DNA of 64,000 nt from Podospora anserina (lineage: Eukaryota). The stretch covers positions 2,046,001 to 2,110,000 of the forward strand of contig CM030336.1 of assembly GCA_017654855.1 (NCBI GenBank), given 5' to 3'. Below are positions 37,136 through 47,906 of this stretch, one piece after another; within the stretch, counting starts at the first letter, position 1, and the number at the start of each line of letters is the position of its first letter. The translations under genes and the position numbers were made by a program. Under the pieces are notes generated by a model. It had not been told where the DNA came from, did no database searches, and saw nothing but the letters and a program-made list of their open reading frames with translations.

Positions 37136-38332
37136 ATGTCCAACTCCGGGGGTTCTCTTACTGAGAAGGATATGGGCCATGCGACCGGCACGGCGCCGAA
37201 CGCCCATGGGCCTGCCACCGGTCACTACCGGGGCGGATACGATCCCCGGAACCCAATGGCCAACATCCACGCCGGCGACGAGCCCAGGCTCCCAGCCTTC
37301 GGTGGTGAATTCCAGCCCGGTCTCTGGCGGCCTGTGGAGAAGCGCCAGTTCGCCAACCCGGCGCCTCTGGGTCTGAGTGCTTTCGCTCTCACCACTTTCG
37401 TCCTTTCGGCTATCAATCTGGGCACCCGCGGTGTCAATGTTCCCAACATTGTTGTTCCCCTTGCCTTTGGCTATGGTGGCTTGGTCCAGCTCCTGGCTGG
37501 TATGTGGTAAGTTGACCTCCATTATCAGTATCACTTGTCACGGTTTCACACATGCTAATAACATGCTTTAGGGAGATGGTTGTTGGCAACACCTTTGGTG
37601 CTACCGCCTTGTCATCTTATGGTGGTTTCTGGATTGCTTGGGGCCTCTTGCTCACTCCTCACTGGAACATCCTTGGCGACGAGGGCCCTTACAAGACTGA
37701 TGCCATCACCTCCTCTGATCCCATGATGTACGAGTCGGCCATGGGTTTCTTCCTCACAGGCTGGTTCATCTTTACGACAATCCTCCTCCTGTGCACACTG
37801 CGTTCGACCGTCATGTTCTTCCTCCTTTTCTTCACCCTCGACCTCTGCTTCCTCATGCTTGCCTGCTCCCACTACTCTCACTCGAACGGGAACACTGAGA
37901 TGTACCACACCCTCACCAAGGCTGGCGGTGGCTTCGGTATGGTCGCAGCCTTTTTGGCCTGGTACAATGCATTTGCCGGTATTGCCGATAGCAGGTATGA
38001 ACTTATTCCCGTTGACGTTGTTCTCTTTGTTGTTTTGCCTCCCCCTAACCCCCTTTTGGGAGTTCTTGACGACCCCGCACCATCAATGACCCCCAACTTG
38101 AAGTTGGAGGTTCCCTTGGTTACATCGGCCAAGCAAGCCATGGCACGCCACTTCCGTCAAACCAAGCCGCTATGAGCCGCACGAGATCTTCTGAGAACAG
38201 TAACGCTGACATCACCTTTTCTACAGCAACTCTTTCTTCCTCATTCCTGTCTTCCACTTCCCCTGGTCTGAGAAGGGTCGCGAGGCCAGACTCGCTCGCG
38301 CCGCTACCCGGGAGACCCGGGACTCGGCTTAG
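37136..38332 (+). CDS. ADY2: Gpr1/Fun34/YaaH-family acetate permease; exons 37136-37506, 37572-37994, 38227-38332
   Basis: [35 protein letters not shown] and AWYNAFAG signatures; two canonical introns. Confidence 0.93.
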
Positions 38333-39634
38333 GAGAAACGTCACGACACGCATGTTGGCATCATTTTTTATGAATGATTTCGGTTTTTGGAATGGATACA
38401 TTCACGGTTGAACACAGCACCGTGGATGATGGGAAACGTTATATTTATATTTTTTTTATTTTTTTTTGGATTTTATCCTGACCAAAGTTTCCTGAACCTG
38501 GACATAGTTGGTTTTAACTAACGGCGTTGACGAGAACAATGGATGACGGATGGAGTTTTTTCGTCTTTTACTTTTTTTTGGTTGAATTAAGCAAGCGAAC
38601 TGCAAAAGGCGCAGCGAGGGCAGCATCAAAAGCTTTGGGATACTGAACGATTACATACCTATATATCACACAGTACATACCTACCTGACTTACATGCTAA
38701 TCCAAAAGTTTCATGATTGGCAGATGTGCAACACTGATGACTTTCACATTCATGTAATTTTGCACAATTATACACGCGCACAAATCTAAGGGTTGGCGGA
38801 TTATGCAGGGTTATCACTGCACACAACGGTCAACGGTTTTCAGATGATCTGTGGAAGTGGGCCTGACCTTCAGGTAGAACTGCCGTTGTCGCGGCCCTTG
38901 CGGGCTTTGTAAAAGCTGACAGTTTGCATGTCGCAATTGCTCCAGAGATGGACCTGATGTTTGTTGAGTTGTGGAGACATTTTCGGTGGAATCTCAGGTT
39001 TCAGGGTTATCTTTTAACCTCTCTTTCTTCACAAGGCACGTGACGCCGAGCTGTCGCTCTGAATCGCTCAGCGAGCTCACTTCGGCCTCGGAGGTGGTCT
39101 GACATTTTGGTCAACTCGCTTTGCTCTTCTCTTTCTTCTCCGGGAGTTCTTGCTTCCTGCCTGGCCTGCGTATCATCTTAACTACCTAGCGGCGAACCGT
39201 CATTCTGCATGTGCAACAGAAAATGTCGTGCGAGGAGCATTGCGTCTTTGTCGGGTAAATCGGTGATCTGATGCCGTGTCGCTCGAAGGCGTGGGAAGGA
39301 CAACCATATGCTGTGAAGCATGAAATCGCAAAGATGCATCGATCTTTTCATGATCACATCTCGGGATGTCGGTAGCTCTCTTCCATCGCACGGCCCAGGC
39401 CCGTGACAAGAGACTTTTCCAGAAGACATTGGCGGTCAGACATCAGACAACCTTTCGACACCGATGTAATATCACCTGATATCTCCCCAAACCTTGGGTG
39501 GCCAGAGCCCAACCCGGCGGACACCTTCCACGTCCATCATCTTAGCTAGAGCTGCTTCCTGTGATAAATCCCCATTGCTGTCGTCGTCTGTTGCCAGCGA
39601 CTGTCTTTCTCCTGTTCACCTCTACGATTCTGTT

Positions 39635-41218
39635 ATGACTAGGCACCACATCTTGTCTATTTTACTACTCACCATTCTCATACCAATAACAGCTGTTCTA
39701 TTCCACAATTACTCCGCATTTAGTCCCGTCTTCCGAGCGCGGTTCTCTCAGATGGCTACAACCAACAAGTCCCCGGTTATTGTTGTCGGAGCAGGTCTTG
39801 CAGGGTTGTCGGCATCGTATTCGGCGATCCAGTCCGGGGCATCAGTTCGTCTTTTGGAGCGAGCACCGAAGCCAGGTGGTAACAGCATCAAGGCATCGTC
39901 AGGGATCAATGGGGCACCTACTCGTTTCCAAAACGTTGAGAAGTATGGTGTCGATACCAGTTTCTGGGATGACACAACCCGATCAGCTGGAGTGAGGCTC
40001 AACTCTGCCTCGGTTAGCCCAACAGTGAAAAGACGGCGCGAGGAGCTTATCACGGTCTTGACCAACCGCTCGGCCAGTGCAATCGACTTCCTCACCGACC
40101 TGGGCGTTGATCTTAGTGTTGTGGCTCAACTTGGGGGCCATAGCCTTCCACGGACACATCGAGGAGCTGGGAAGACACCCCCCGGTGCCTCAATCGTGAC
40201 TACTTTGCTCACAAAACTGAAGGAGCAAGGGCCCGACCGCTTCCAGTTGGTCACCGACTCTGAAGTGACCAGATTGCTGACCGACAGCAATGCCCCGAAA
40301 GGAACTGTAAAGGTGACTGGCGTGGAGTACAAAAACAGGCAGGATGGGAGCACACGCCTCCTTCACGGTCCTGTGGTCTTCACAACCGGCGGCTTCGCAG
40401 GTGACACCCATGGTCTGTTGGCCAAATACCGTCCTGATCTCGACGGGTTGCCATCCACCAACGACCCACGGCCAGGCACACACACGATTCTCTCTGACGT
40501 GGGCGCCAAACTCGTCGACATGGACGCTGTGCAAATCCACCCAACGGGCTTTATCGATCCAGCCAACCCGGCGAGCCCCCTCAAGTTCCTCGCTGCCGAG
40601 ATGCTGCGCGGAGAAGGGGGGATTCTCCTCCACAACGGCAAGAGGGTCATCAACGAGCTGCAGACCCGCGAGAAAGTCAGCAATGCCCTGATGGCTCTCC
40701 CTGCCAAGAATGAGGACTCGCTGAGGCAATGGGACGTCCAGCTGCTTCTTGATCCTGGTGCCACCGAAGCCGCGGCGGGCCACGTGGGTTTTTATCTATG
40801 GAAGGGCCTTTTGCAGAAAAAAAAGATAGCAGAGCTGGATGAGACGACGAGACAGACCCTAAAGGAGTATGCTGCTGTTGTTCGTGGCGAGAAAGAGGAT
40901 GAGCTAGGAAGGAAGGCGTTTGGGAATTGGCGGCTGACCGAGGAAGATGTTGATGAGGGCGAGGAGGAGGTTTGCGTGGGGAGGGTCACGCCCATCACTC
41001 ATTTCACCATGGGCGGAGCGGTTTTCAACACAAAGGCTCAGATTTTGACGGCGGAGTTGGGAGAGGAGCAGGAAGGGAAGGAGATTGAGGGATTATGGGG
41101 AGCGGGGGAGATCACGGGGGGTTTGCATGGCGATAATAGACTGGGAGGGAGCAGCTTGTTGGAGTGTGTTGTTTTTGGGAGGGTAGCGGGAGAGGAGGCT
41201 GCAAAATACCGGGTGTAG
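39635..41218 (+). CDS. OSM1: FAD-dependent soluble fumarate reductase (Osm1/Frd1-like); second in-frame ATG at 39752
   Basis: VIVVGAGLAG, GGNSIKASSGING, QLGGHS, HFTMGG and LHGDNRLGGSSLLECVVFG motifs. Confidence 0.9.
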   Translation: MTRHHILSILLLTILIPITAVLFHNYSAFSPVFRARFSQMATTNKSPVIVVGAGLAGLSASYSAIQSGASVRLLERAPKPGGNSIKASSGINGAPTRFQNVEKYGVDTSFWDDTTRSAGVRLNSASVSPTVKRRREELITVLTNRSASAIDFLTDLGVDLSVVAQLGGHSLPRTHRGAGKTPPGASIVTTLLTKLKEQGPDRFQLVTDSEVTRLLTDSNAPKGTVKVTGVEYKNRQDGSTRLLHGPVVFTTGGFAGDTHGLLAKYRPDLDGLPSTNDPRPGTHTILSDVGAKLVDMDAVQIHPTGFIDPANPASPLKFLAAEMLRGEGGILLHNGKRVINELQTREKVSNALMALPAKNEDSLRQWDVQLLLDPGATEAAAGHVGFYLWKGLLQKKKIAELDETTRQTLKEYAAVVRGEKEDELGRKAFGNWRLTEEDVDEGEEEVCVGRVTPITHFTMGGAVFNTKAQILTAELGEEQEGKEIEGLWGAGEITGGLHGDNRLGGSSLLECVVFGRVAGEEAAKYRV

Positions 41219-41465
41219 GGGACTGAAGGGGCGTTGAAGGCTATGTCACATCCAGATCCAGGCTGGTACAGCACAACGCAAAGGGCTTGTTTCATTTGGT
41301 TTGTTGGGGTATTTGGTGACTTCTGGGCTGCAGCTTCGCTTCTGCTGTTGCTATGTTTTTATCTAGCAATGGTTCTTGAAGGGTCAAATAGAGGAAAGCT
41401 TTAGAATTCTTGAGTTCTGTCACCTACAAGGATCCCAAGATCCGGTTTCGAAATAACACTAGTCA

Positions 41466-41537
41466 GCCCGCTTGGCTCAGTGGTAGAGCGTATCACTAGT
41501 AATGATAAGGTCATCAGTTCGATTCTGATAGTGGGCA
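41466..41537 (+). tRNA. tRNA-Thr(AGT), intronless
   Basis: Full cloverleaf: acceptor GCCCGCT/AGTGGGC, D arm GCTC/GAGC, anticodon arm TATCA-CTAGTAA-TGATA (AGT 41498-41500), T arm ATCAG-TTCGATT-CTGAT. Confidence 0.97.
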
Positions 41538-41935
41538 ACTTAATATCAACATCATTCTTTTGCTGTAGTTGTTCTCTATCTTTTTTCACTACACGACAAA
41601 AGTTCCAGCTTCGGTTCGATCCCTTCGTTTCTTGCTGATACGTACCCTAAAAGGGTCAAGCGCAGCTTCAAGTCTTACTGTGTGTGATCAAAAACCTGGG
41701 ACATGGCACGTAACAGAGCAGCTACATCACTGATAGCATCGTACAAATAAAGGCTTATTAGTCATTACTAGCTCAACAGTCGGTATCTTTCTCCCTTTGC
41801 TATTCCCCCGTGAAATCGTGGAAGTGGTCCTCCTCCTAGGCACCCGCAACCCATACAAACATAACAACAGTATTCTGAGTCATCCCTTCAACCAGCCCTC
41901 CAACTTTGTTTCTCGTCAAGTCATGATTCTTGGGC

Positions 41936-43567
41936 TTAAACATTCTCAGCCTGAACAAACCCAGCCTGTCTCATCTTCTCATCCGTCGACGACGAGTCCT
42001 TGCCCACACTCTCCTCTGCACCGTGGCCCATATCACTGGTCTGCTGGAGCTCGGCCATCAGGAGCTTGTTGGCTCTGTGCACCGGCTTGATCTCAAAGAG
42101 CCTATCCATCGCCTCAAGGGGAATAGACTTTGTTTCGGGGACAAAGAAGAAGATGAAGATGATCGAGAGGATCATGAGCGAGGCGAAGAAGAAGTAGACG
42201 CCGTACTCCATCTTGAGGAACATCTGAGGGGTGAAGCGGCTGATCAAGAAGTTCCAGAACCAATTGTTGGCGGCGGCTGAAGCTTGGCCGAGAGAGCGAG
42301 TGTTTTGGTCGAACATCTCGCTGTTGATGACCCAAGGTGTGCCGTTCCAAGAGGGTGTGTAAAAAGCGGTCCAGAGATAGAAGAAGAAGACTGCCGAGAT
42401 TCCGGCGGATGTCAGCTCACCGCTGGCGCTCTGCTCGGGCTTAGCAAGCTTGATGTAGGCGCCGATGTACCACATGCAGAGTGAACCGCCTGTAGCACCG
42501 ATGAAAAGCATGCGGCGTCTGCCGGCGAGGTCGACGAGCCAGAGGAGCCAGATAATCGTCAGGACAGTCTTGACAACACCAAAAATGCCTGTCGTCAAGA
42601 GGCCAGTGTTAACACCATCGATTCCAATGCTGCGGAACACGGTGGGACTGTAGTAGTTGATGGCGTTGATACCGCTGCCGTTTTGGAAGAGGAAGAGAAT
42701 GCCGCCGATAAAGAAGCGCCATTGGACCTTGCGCTGCTTCAGTGAGAGGAAAGGCTTCCAGAAGCCCTTGCCGACCTCGCGCTCGAAACGCTCGAGGTCC
42801 GCTTCAATATAGCTGACTTCCTCCAGGATATAGGTATCTGTCGGCTCCAGATTCCGCATCCAGCACAAAACCTTCAAGCCCTCCTCCTTTTTGCCGTTCG
42901 CGAAGAGCCATCTGGGAGACTCCCTGAGCCAGAAAGCACCGATCAGAAGCAGGCCAGCCGGGATGAGCTGCACAGCAAATGGGATGATCCACTGCTTGTG
43001 AGAAGGGGCCAGTGTGGTGTTGACGCCATAGTTGATCCAGAAGCCAACGAGACCTCCCATCTGCCACCCAAGCTCATAGATGCCCACAAGACGCCCTCTG
43101 ACGGCAGGCGGAGACAATTCAGAGATGTAGATTGGGACCATATTGGAGCAGCCACCTACACCGATACCAGCAAGGACTCTGCCAGCGATGATGGGCGCCA
43201 TGCCTCTGTCTCCGTTGGCAGCAAGCATGATACCCGCGCCAATACAGAAAACCACGCTGAAGATGAAGAGAGAAATCCGTCTGCCCCCAAAATGGCTTGT
43301 GACGTAGGCAAATAAGCTGCCGAAGAAAGCACCGGCCTGGTAGACTGAAACAATGTTGGCCTTCAGCAAGGCGCGGCCGGATTCGCTATACGAGGCGAAG
43401 TCAAACTCTTCTTCAAAGGACGGGAGGGCGAGTGTGCCGCCGATGAAGGCCGAATCGTAACCGATCGTGCATGCTGCGAAGGAAGCAACAGCCGCACATG
43501 TGTAGACACGCCAGTTGTACACGGCCTTTGGCGTCGGCCTGTCCTCCTTAAGAGAGAGGAGCGTCAT
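41936..43567 (-). CDS. qa-y: Quinate permease (MFS sugar-porter family)
   Basis: N-terminus LKEDRPTPKAVYNWRVY is typical of QA-Y/QutD; NAINYYSP and PETK motifs; cluster context. Confidence 0.95.
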   Translation of the reverse strand: MTLLSLKEDRPTPKAVYNWRVYTCAAVASFAACTIGYDSAFIGGTLALPSFEEEFDFASYSESGRALLKANIVSVYQAGAFFGSLFAYVTSHFGGRRISLFIFSVVFCIGAGIMLAANGDRGMAPIIAGRVLAGIGVGGCSNMVPIYISELSPPAVRGRLVGIYELGWQMGGLVGFWINYGVNTTLAPSHKQWIIPFAVQLIPAGLLLIGAFWLRESPRWLFANGKKEEGLKVLCWMRNLEPTDTYILEEVSYIEADLERFEREVGKGFWKPFLSLKQRKVQWRFFIGGILFLFQNGSGINAINYYSPTVFRSIGIDGVNTGLLTTGIFGVVKTVLTIIWLLWLVDLAGRRRMLFIGATGGSLCMWYIGAYIKLAKPEQSASGELTSAGISAVFFFYLWTAFYTPSWNGTPWVINSEMFDQNTRSLGQASAAANNWFWNFLISRFTPQMFLKMEYGVYFFFASLMILSIIFIFFFVPETKSIPLEAMDRLFEIKPVHRANKLLMAELQQTSDMGHGAEESVGKDSSSTDEKMRQAGFVQAENV

Positions 43568-44326
43568 CGTGTCGACAAGCTCTCGAGCTGGGGAGATGCC
43601 AACGATGACAACGTGGCGAGTGGATCAACGGTTGACAAGAAAGTTCCCACGGTGGGAGGAGGCGATGGTCCGAATCTGGGGAAGGAATCTGGGGATGGTG
43701 GGCATTTGATCATGGCCCTGGGGCTACTTGATTTATAGCAGATAGAACCCTTCAATATGTGCTGCTGTCGTTTTTTCCACACAGGAATTCCAAGACCTTG
43801 GAACCCACATACAGGCTCCCCGTCTCCATGGGGAATCAAGCAATATCTCCGTCCTTGTTGGCGAACTAAAACGTTCCTCCACTCGAAGATGCTTGAGCTA
43901 TACTGCATGAAGATGCAGGTCAGCCATGCGTGACACGAAACTCATGGGGTTGAAGTTTTAGGTGGCAAATCAGGTTGGCCGGAAATTCCATTTCCCAGGA
44001 GTGTGGTAGATCTCCTTCCCCGCAAAGTCGAGTGCTCGTCCCCACATGGGTACCCGTCGGTGAAGCACTAGGGCCAGAGATGTCGGCATTCAGGATGAAG
44101 ACTCTCCCGGATTGAATCTTGAAATCCTCCGATTGCGGACAAGAGGCAGATGGTATCTTTGTTGAATGTTCAAATTGAGTGACGTGCCCGAATACCTCCT
44201 CCAGCTTCACAGCAGTTGGCATTGCCAGGTCAACTGCCGAGAACCATGCACGAGCCTGCGGCCAAGACCTGTGGCCTCCATGTACGCTCTGTTGGACAAT
44301 ATCAGACCTCATTGGTATAGATATTA

Positions 44327-47090
44327 TCAAGGTTCTTGTGCAGTTATGTTGTCGAGCCGCGGCTGCAACAGCCGCGCAAAGTTCAGACGCCCTTGGTCAT
44401 CAGGATACGATCTGAACACCTCCCTCCTCATCAATCGACGTGGTGCGCGCCGACCAGTGAACAATTCAAACTGTGCAAAACCTTGTTCTGGTAGCAGATC
44501 CAGGCCATCCATTGTAACCCACCCTCTATGAGCTTCACGGCGAACTTGTTCCAGCAGAGGGGTGATAAGGGTCTTGTAGGCAAGCTCTACTACGACACCG
44601 CCTGTCGAGCTTTGCAGCCACGACGCTGGGACGGTAAAGTCAGGAGCGGGGTGGTCTCCAATGCTGTGCGTTGGTATGCAAGATACGATCATGGTAGGGT
44701 GTCTGAAGCTCTCGGGCCAAGTGTCGTCTCGGGAGCGAAGGATGTGGAATCTGGTGCCTTCGTGGGTTCTGGAGCCAGCGCTCAACCAAGGTAGGTCATT
44801 GCGAGCCAAGAGCCTTTCGAAGTGAGAAACAAGCTTCTCGGCATTGGCAACGGTCCGGTTTAAGATGGCAATCTGCTTGACTCCAAGCTGCAGCATGGCG
44901 TACACGGCTGCCCTAGCCATGCCACCAGCTCCGATCACGAGTCCGCTACTGGTGGATCGGACGGCGTTGGCGGGCGAGAGACCTCGGCGGATACATGCCC
45001 GGATTCCCACCCAGTCTGTATTCTCCCCGTACAAAGCCTTGACGGGCCCGGCCCTATTTCTGTCATTGAACAAAGCCACGTCATCGCCAATACTGCCATC
45101 CGGGTTGAGGTGCCGAACCGGAATCAGAGTGTTGACTGCGCCGATAGCCCGAGCATGTCGGCTCAGGGAATGCGTCAAGCTGATTATCTCGACTTTGAAA
45201 GGCAGTCCGACCGAGGCACCAGCAAAGTGCGGGTCACTGACGAGCTTCTCGAGACTTGATATGTTGCTTGTCGAATGTGGCTCGTAGTGGTGGGGAATGC
45301 CGCAAGCTTTGAGAGCGGCATTGTGCATTGCTGGGGATAAACTGTAGTCCACGTTGGCGCCAAAAACATACAGTCTCATGTGATCGTAGAGAAAGGCTGA
45401 GTAGAGAGCTTCGGTGGCTTGTTTGGCCGTGAGAAATGGACGGATGGCCAGGCTATGTGAGTCAACACCACCGGGGTCTTTGCTCATGCCTTCGGGTTTA
45501 ACAGAGGATAGTATCCTGTTGAAGCACGCCGAGTGCTTTCCAAGAACGCCAGTATTGTAAGCGATCAGGGGCAGTCTCGAACTAGGCGCTGACTCAACCA
45601 TGGCGTGCACCCGATGTATGCCAAAGTTATCATCGATGCTGGCAGCTGTCCTGGTGAATCGGACCATGTCGCAGCCGTAATTCTGTGCTTTCTGGTAGTA
45701 GGACTGCCAGCTGGAGTCATTCCAAGACGGCGGGTGGGGATCTGATAACTGAACGTTCCCGACTATCTTGCAGGAGCCCTTGATGTTGAGAATGCCGGCA
45801 AGCGTCACGCTGTCGAGTCGTAGATCAACAGTCATGTACTCCGGGGCAAGACGAAGGGCATGCGAGACATATGAACTGTACATAGATCGCCAAGTCTCGT
45901 CAGACAGCGCAGCCTCCGGAAACGCTACATGGAGGAAGATAGGAATCACGGTGTCTCGCCTTACTTGGGCCACGACGCGGCTGATTTCTCTGGCTCTATC
46001 TGGGGGTAGCTGACCGAGTTGCCGTAAGTGAGCGGCAAAGTCTGTGACGAGGTCATCCAACACAATCTCAATCGCATCCGCTCCTGTCTCGAGGTCCTGG
46101 ACGTCGAGGTTGTCTTTTATGAGCGACGAAAGGGGCAGTGAGATTGCGTAGGTGAACCGCCGTTCTTCTGCCGGTATGCAAGCCAGCGGGAAGGCCGATT
46201 CGATGAAGGGTATGGTTCCCCTTGGGAGTATCAAGGAGAGAAACTTGAGGAAGTGTCGTTCAGCTCGTTTCAGGGTGAGATAGGGGGCAGCAATTTCATC
46301 AGAACTCCCACCCATGGTCTCTTTGGCTGTGCTTTGCTCTTCTGACGCATTGAAAAACTCAAAGCGGGTGCATCTCCGGAAAAAGGCACTGCTGGCATCC
46401 AAAAGCTCGCAGAACTTGCGGGCATCGTTGACCTTCAAATGGGTCCTGATGGCTTCTGAATCTCGAAGGACATATATGACGGGATTTGTTCTTCCAAGGT
46501 CTTCGAGGATGACTTGCACACTCCTATCCATCCATGAGCTGACCACGATAGTGTTTCGCTTATGTTTATCAAATACATGCTGAAGGATAGAGGCCTGGCG
46601 GCGTTGACAGTCAGTGGCGCCATGCTTTCTCTTGTAAGCTGGACTCGATAGCCCGGTTTTCTCGTGAAAAACATGCTCCAACTCGACGACCTTTCGGTTC
46701 ATGGCGGTCGAGGCCATGACGGCCAAAGTGGATTTCCCCGAGCCCCTGATACCGACGATGATAATGGAGGCATCTGGGTCGTAGGGACGGGCTGTTTGGA
46801 CAATCTCATGCTCCAATGGCGAGTGGGTTGCTGAGCGTGGCACTACTAGGAGGTGTTAGATGGGATGGATATAGACAAAAAATTGGGGTTGTAGCTGCAT
46901 ATGCCTCACCTCTAGGTATAGGATCACCAATCACCTGGAAGAGAGCCCCGGGACCAGGAACATAAGCCATATTTTGGCTGTCCGAGGACCAGCCTCGGGA
47001 CAATGGTCGGGACTCGGACGAGTCGCTCTCACAAGTCGAGACCATGGCCGCGTATGAACGCTTCATACCGGGGACGGTAGTAGAAGCCAT
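44327..47090 (-). CDS. qa-1S: Quinate repressor (AROM-derived shikimate kinase / DHQase-I / shikimate dehydrogenase domains); exons 47090-46910, about 46845-44327
   Basis: [30 protein letters not shown] and GAGGMARA motifs; intron GTGAGG...CTAAC...TAGTAG. Confidence 0.93.
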
Positions 47091-47422
47091 CGTAAGACGC
47101 GAAACGGAAGTGCCTGTGTTGCTTCACTCGCAAGGCCTAACTGCTCGGGCGCATATAGAAGTCGTCCAAAGCTCGACGATGATGTGTGGCGTCCTGGGGG
47201 TGGCCGGACGATCCAAGGCAGTGAGTGCCGTCCAGTAACCAGTGAGCCAGTGGGTGGTCACCTGTAGGGAGCTACAATAGATGGGTAGGTAGGTAGGGCA
47301 GATCTCAGGAATAGCCAGATGCTTGGCCGAAGCGTCGTGCTCAGTGTCATGATGGGACCTTGTCCATGGAGTGTGGATGAACAACCTGGAAGCCGAAGAC
47401 TAGGTGGCAGGGGTAAATGCGG

Positions 47423-47438
47423 GGATAAACATTTACCC
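47423..47438. promoter_or_regulatory. QA-1F binding site in the qa-1S/qa-1F divergent promoter
   Basis: GGATAAACATTTACCC matches the Neurospora consensus GGRTAARYRYTTAYCC. Confidence 0.8.
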
Positions 47439-47906
47439 CACAGTGTAAGAGCCAAGCCATCAAATCCATTTCCCCGGATATCGAAGTGGGCTTCCACTTC
47501 ACCCTATCCACAACACAGACTCACACATCAATGCAATTGCACTCAGCTGCCTGGGCGTGAGGGTGCATTGCTGCCGAGTTCCAGTCGTCTTCATCGCTTC
47601 AGCGCGCATCCTTGTCTCTCCTCGCCGGCCTCACCCAGAAGAAGTCGCTTCTCCGCACACTCAGCTTAACGTTCCCCGCACACACCGGGGGACGGCAAAG
47701 CCGATACGGGCCCAGTAGCACCATTATGTTCGGTGGGTGGCCTGTCAGGTCTTGATGAACTGCCGCCGCCGCCGCTTTCCTGGACTCGGGAGTTTTGGTA
47801 GCTAAAGTCTTTGTCGCAACATCGAGTAGTGGATATGGTGCGTTGACGGCCATTTAGACAGCAATCGCTGTGCAACTGTACTATCACCATCACACCTGGC
47901 CATGCC

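Noticed and set aside
37995-38226. Stwintron in the long ADY2 intron
   Set aside because: Excising to the AG after the internal CTAAC does not regenerate a credible donor (GTTCTT)
39046-39086. Imperfect hairpin GCCGAG...TCGCT...AGCGA...TTCGGC upstream of OSM1
   Set aside because: Short and bulged, with no second copy or family resemblance
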